This document shows, one piece after another, positions 61,501 to 64,000 of a stretch of 64,000 nucleotides of DNA. The notes under the pieces were generated by a model. The model had not been told where the DNA came from. It was given only the letters and a program-made list of their open reading frames with translations, and made no database searches. Position numbers and translations under genes: made by a program. This DNA is from Octopus vulgaris (lineage: Eukaryota), in assembly GCA_951406725.2 (NCBI GenBank), contig OX597843.1, forward strand, positions 7,440,001 through 7,504,000, written 5' to 3'. Every line of letters starts with the position of its first letter. Position 1 is the first letter of the stretch.

Positions 61501-64000
61501 CCACCGGCACAGGGGCCAGTCTGGTGGTACTGGGTACGGCCACGCTTGAAATGGTATTTTTTTACATGCCACGGGTACAGGGGCCAGTCTGGTGGTACTG
61601 GGTACGGCCACGCTTGAAATGGTATTTTTTTACATGCCACGGGTACAGGGGCCAGTCTGGTGGTACTGGGTACGGCCACGCTTGAAATGGTATTTTTTTA
61701 CATGCCATGGGTACAGGGGCCAGTCTGGTGGTACTGGGTACGGCCACGCTTGAAATGGTATTTTTTTACATGCCACGGGTACAGGGGCCAGTCTGGTGGT
61801 ACTGGGTACGGCCACGCTTGAAATGGTATTTTTTTACATGCCACGGGTACAGGGGCCAGTCTGGTGGTACTGGGTACGGCCACGCTTGAAATGGTATTTT
61901 TTTACATGCCATGGGTACAGGGGCCAGTCTGGTGGTACTGGGTACGGCCACGCTTGAAATGGTATTTTTTTACATGCCACGGGTACAGGGGCCAGTCTGG
62001 TGGTACTGGGTAAGGCCACGCTTGAAATGGTATTTTTTTACATGCCATGGGTACAGGGTCCAGTCTGGTGGTACTGGGTACGGCCACGCTTGAAATGGTA
62101 TTTTTTTACATGCCATGGGTACAGGGGCCAGTCTAGTGGTACAGGGGCCAGTCTAGTGGTACTGGGTACGGCCACGCTTGAAATGGTATTTTTTTACATG
62201 CCACGGGTACAGGGGCCAGTCTGGTGGTACTGGGTACGGCCACGCTTGAAATGGTATTTTTTTACATGCCATGGGTACAGGGGCCAGTCTGGTGGTACTG
62301 GGTACGGCCACGCTTGAAATGGTATTTTTTTACATGCCACGGGTACAGGGGCCAGTCTGGTGGTACTGGGTACGGCCAGGCTTGAAATGGTATTTTTTTA
62401 CATGCCATGGGTACAGGGGCCAGTCTGGTGGTACTGGGTACGGCCACGCTTGAAATGGTATTTTTTTACATGCCATGGGTACAGGGGCCAGTCTGGTGGT
62501 ACTGGGTACGGCCACGCTTGAAATGGTATTTTTTTACATGCCACGGGTACAGGGGCCAGTCTGGTGGTACTGGGTACGGCCACGCTTGAAATGGTATTTT
62601 TTTACATGCCACGGGTACAGGGGCCAGTCTGGTGGTACTGGGTACGGCCACGCTTGAAATGGTATTTTTTTACATGCCATGGGTACAGGGGCCAGTCTGG
62701 TGGTACTGGGTACGGCCACGCTTGAAATGGTATTTTTTTACATGCCACGGGTACAGGGGCCAGTCTGGTGGTACTGGGTACGGCCACGCTTGAAATGGTA
62801 TTTTTTTACATGCCACGGGTACAGGGGCCAGTCTGGTGGTACTGGGTACGGCCATGCTTGAAATGGTCTTTTTTACATGCCATGGGTACAGGGGCCAGTC
62901 TGGTGGTACTGGGTACAGCCACGCTTGAAATGGTATTTTTTTACATGCCATGGGTACAGGGGCCAGTCTGGTGGTACTGGGTACGGCCACGCTTGAAATG
63001 GTATTTTTTTACATGCCACGGGTACAGGGGCCAGTCTGGTGGTACTGGGTACGGCCACGCTTGAAATGGTATTTTTTTACATGCCACGTGTACAGGGGCC
63101 AGTCTGGTGGTACATGCCACGCTTGAAATGGTATTTTTTTACACAGGGTACAGGGGCCAGTCTGGTGGTACTGGGTACGGCCACGCTTGAAATGGTATTT
63201 TTTTACATGCCACGGGTACAGGGGCCAGTCTGGTGGTACTGGGTACGGCCACGCTTGAAATGGTATTTTTTTACATGCCACGGGTACAGGGGCCAGTCTG
63301 GTGGTACTGGGTACGGCCACGCTTGAAATGGTCTTTTTTTACATGCCACGGGTACAGGGGCCAGTCTGGTGGTACTGGGTACGGCCACGCTTGAAATGGT
63401 ATTTTTTTACATGCCACGGGTACAGGGGCCAGTCTGGTGGTACTGGGTACGGCCACGCTTGAAATGGTATTTTTTTACATGCCACGGGTACAGGGGCCAG
63501 TCTGGTGGTACTGGGTACGGCCACGCTTGAAATGGTATTTTTTTACATGCCACGGGTACAGGGGCCAGTCTGGTGGTACTGGATACAGCCACGCTTGAAA
63601 TGGTATTTTTTTACATGCCATGGGTACAGGGGCCAGTCTGGTGGTACTGGGTACAGCCACGCTTGAAATGGTATTTTTTTACATGCCATGGGTACAGGGG
63701 CCAGTCTGGTGGTACTGGGTATGGCCACGCTTGAAATGGTATTTTTTTACATGCCATGGGTACAGGGGCCAGTCTGGTGGTACTGGGTACGGCCACGCTT
63801 GAAATGGTATTTTTTTACATGCCATGGGTACAGGGGCCAGTCTGGTGGTACTGGGTACGGCCACGCTTGAAATGGTATTTTTTTACATGCCATGGGTACA
63901 GGGGCCAGTCTGGTGGTACTGGGTACGGCCACGCTTGAAATGGTATTTTTTTACATGCCACGGGTACAGGGGCCAGTCTGGTGGTACTGGGTACGGCCAC
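61494..64000. repeat. 68-bp satellite, about 36 units or more, running off the window
   Basis: Unit TACATGCCA(C/T)GGGTACAGGGGCCAGTCTGGTGGTACTGGGTACGGCCACGCTTGAAATGGTATTTTTT; ORF track repeats every 68 bp. Confidence 0.97.

Noticed and set aside
61494-64000. Dozens of 60-61 aa ORFs
   Set aside because: Periodic translation of the 68-bp satellite.

Overview
Eukaryotic, AT-rich, extremely repeat-dense DNA with two 100-N scaffold gaps (25763-25862, 31242-31341). The SINE families and (TA)n load resemble an octopus (coleoid cephalopod) genome; this is an inference from recalled repeat families, not a search. Almost none of the listed ORFs are genes: they are microsatellite or satellite read-throughs, or transposon relics. 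One real host gene is visible only as small spliced exons on the + strand (37911-37982, 47116-47208, 54278-54353, 56617-56660, possibly 28890-28946). They join in frame to the N-terminus of a SEC14/CRAL-TRIO lipid/retinoid-binding protein (...EMALEK|FTSEIWDHLTEEQVNDSVFLKRWLIA|RQFDVAQAVEMFLK), which continues beyond the window. The rest comprises CR1/L2-like and RTE LINE relics, Penelope-like fragments with hammerhead-like motifs, a mariner carrying a nested DD41D (rosa) element, a Helitron, a piggyBac-type MITE array, four SINE-like families, two segmental tandem duplications, and satellites of 15, 34, 68, 70, 122 and 369 bp, several demonstrably born from transposon segments. The oddest item is a 66% GC, highly homogeneous 70-bp satellite whose every unit folds into a 26-bp hairpin.
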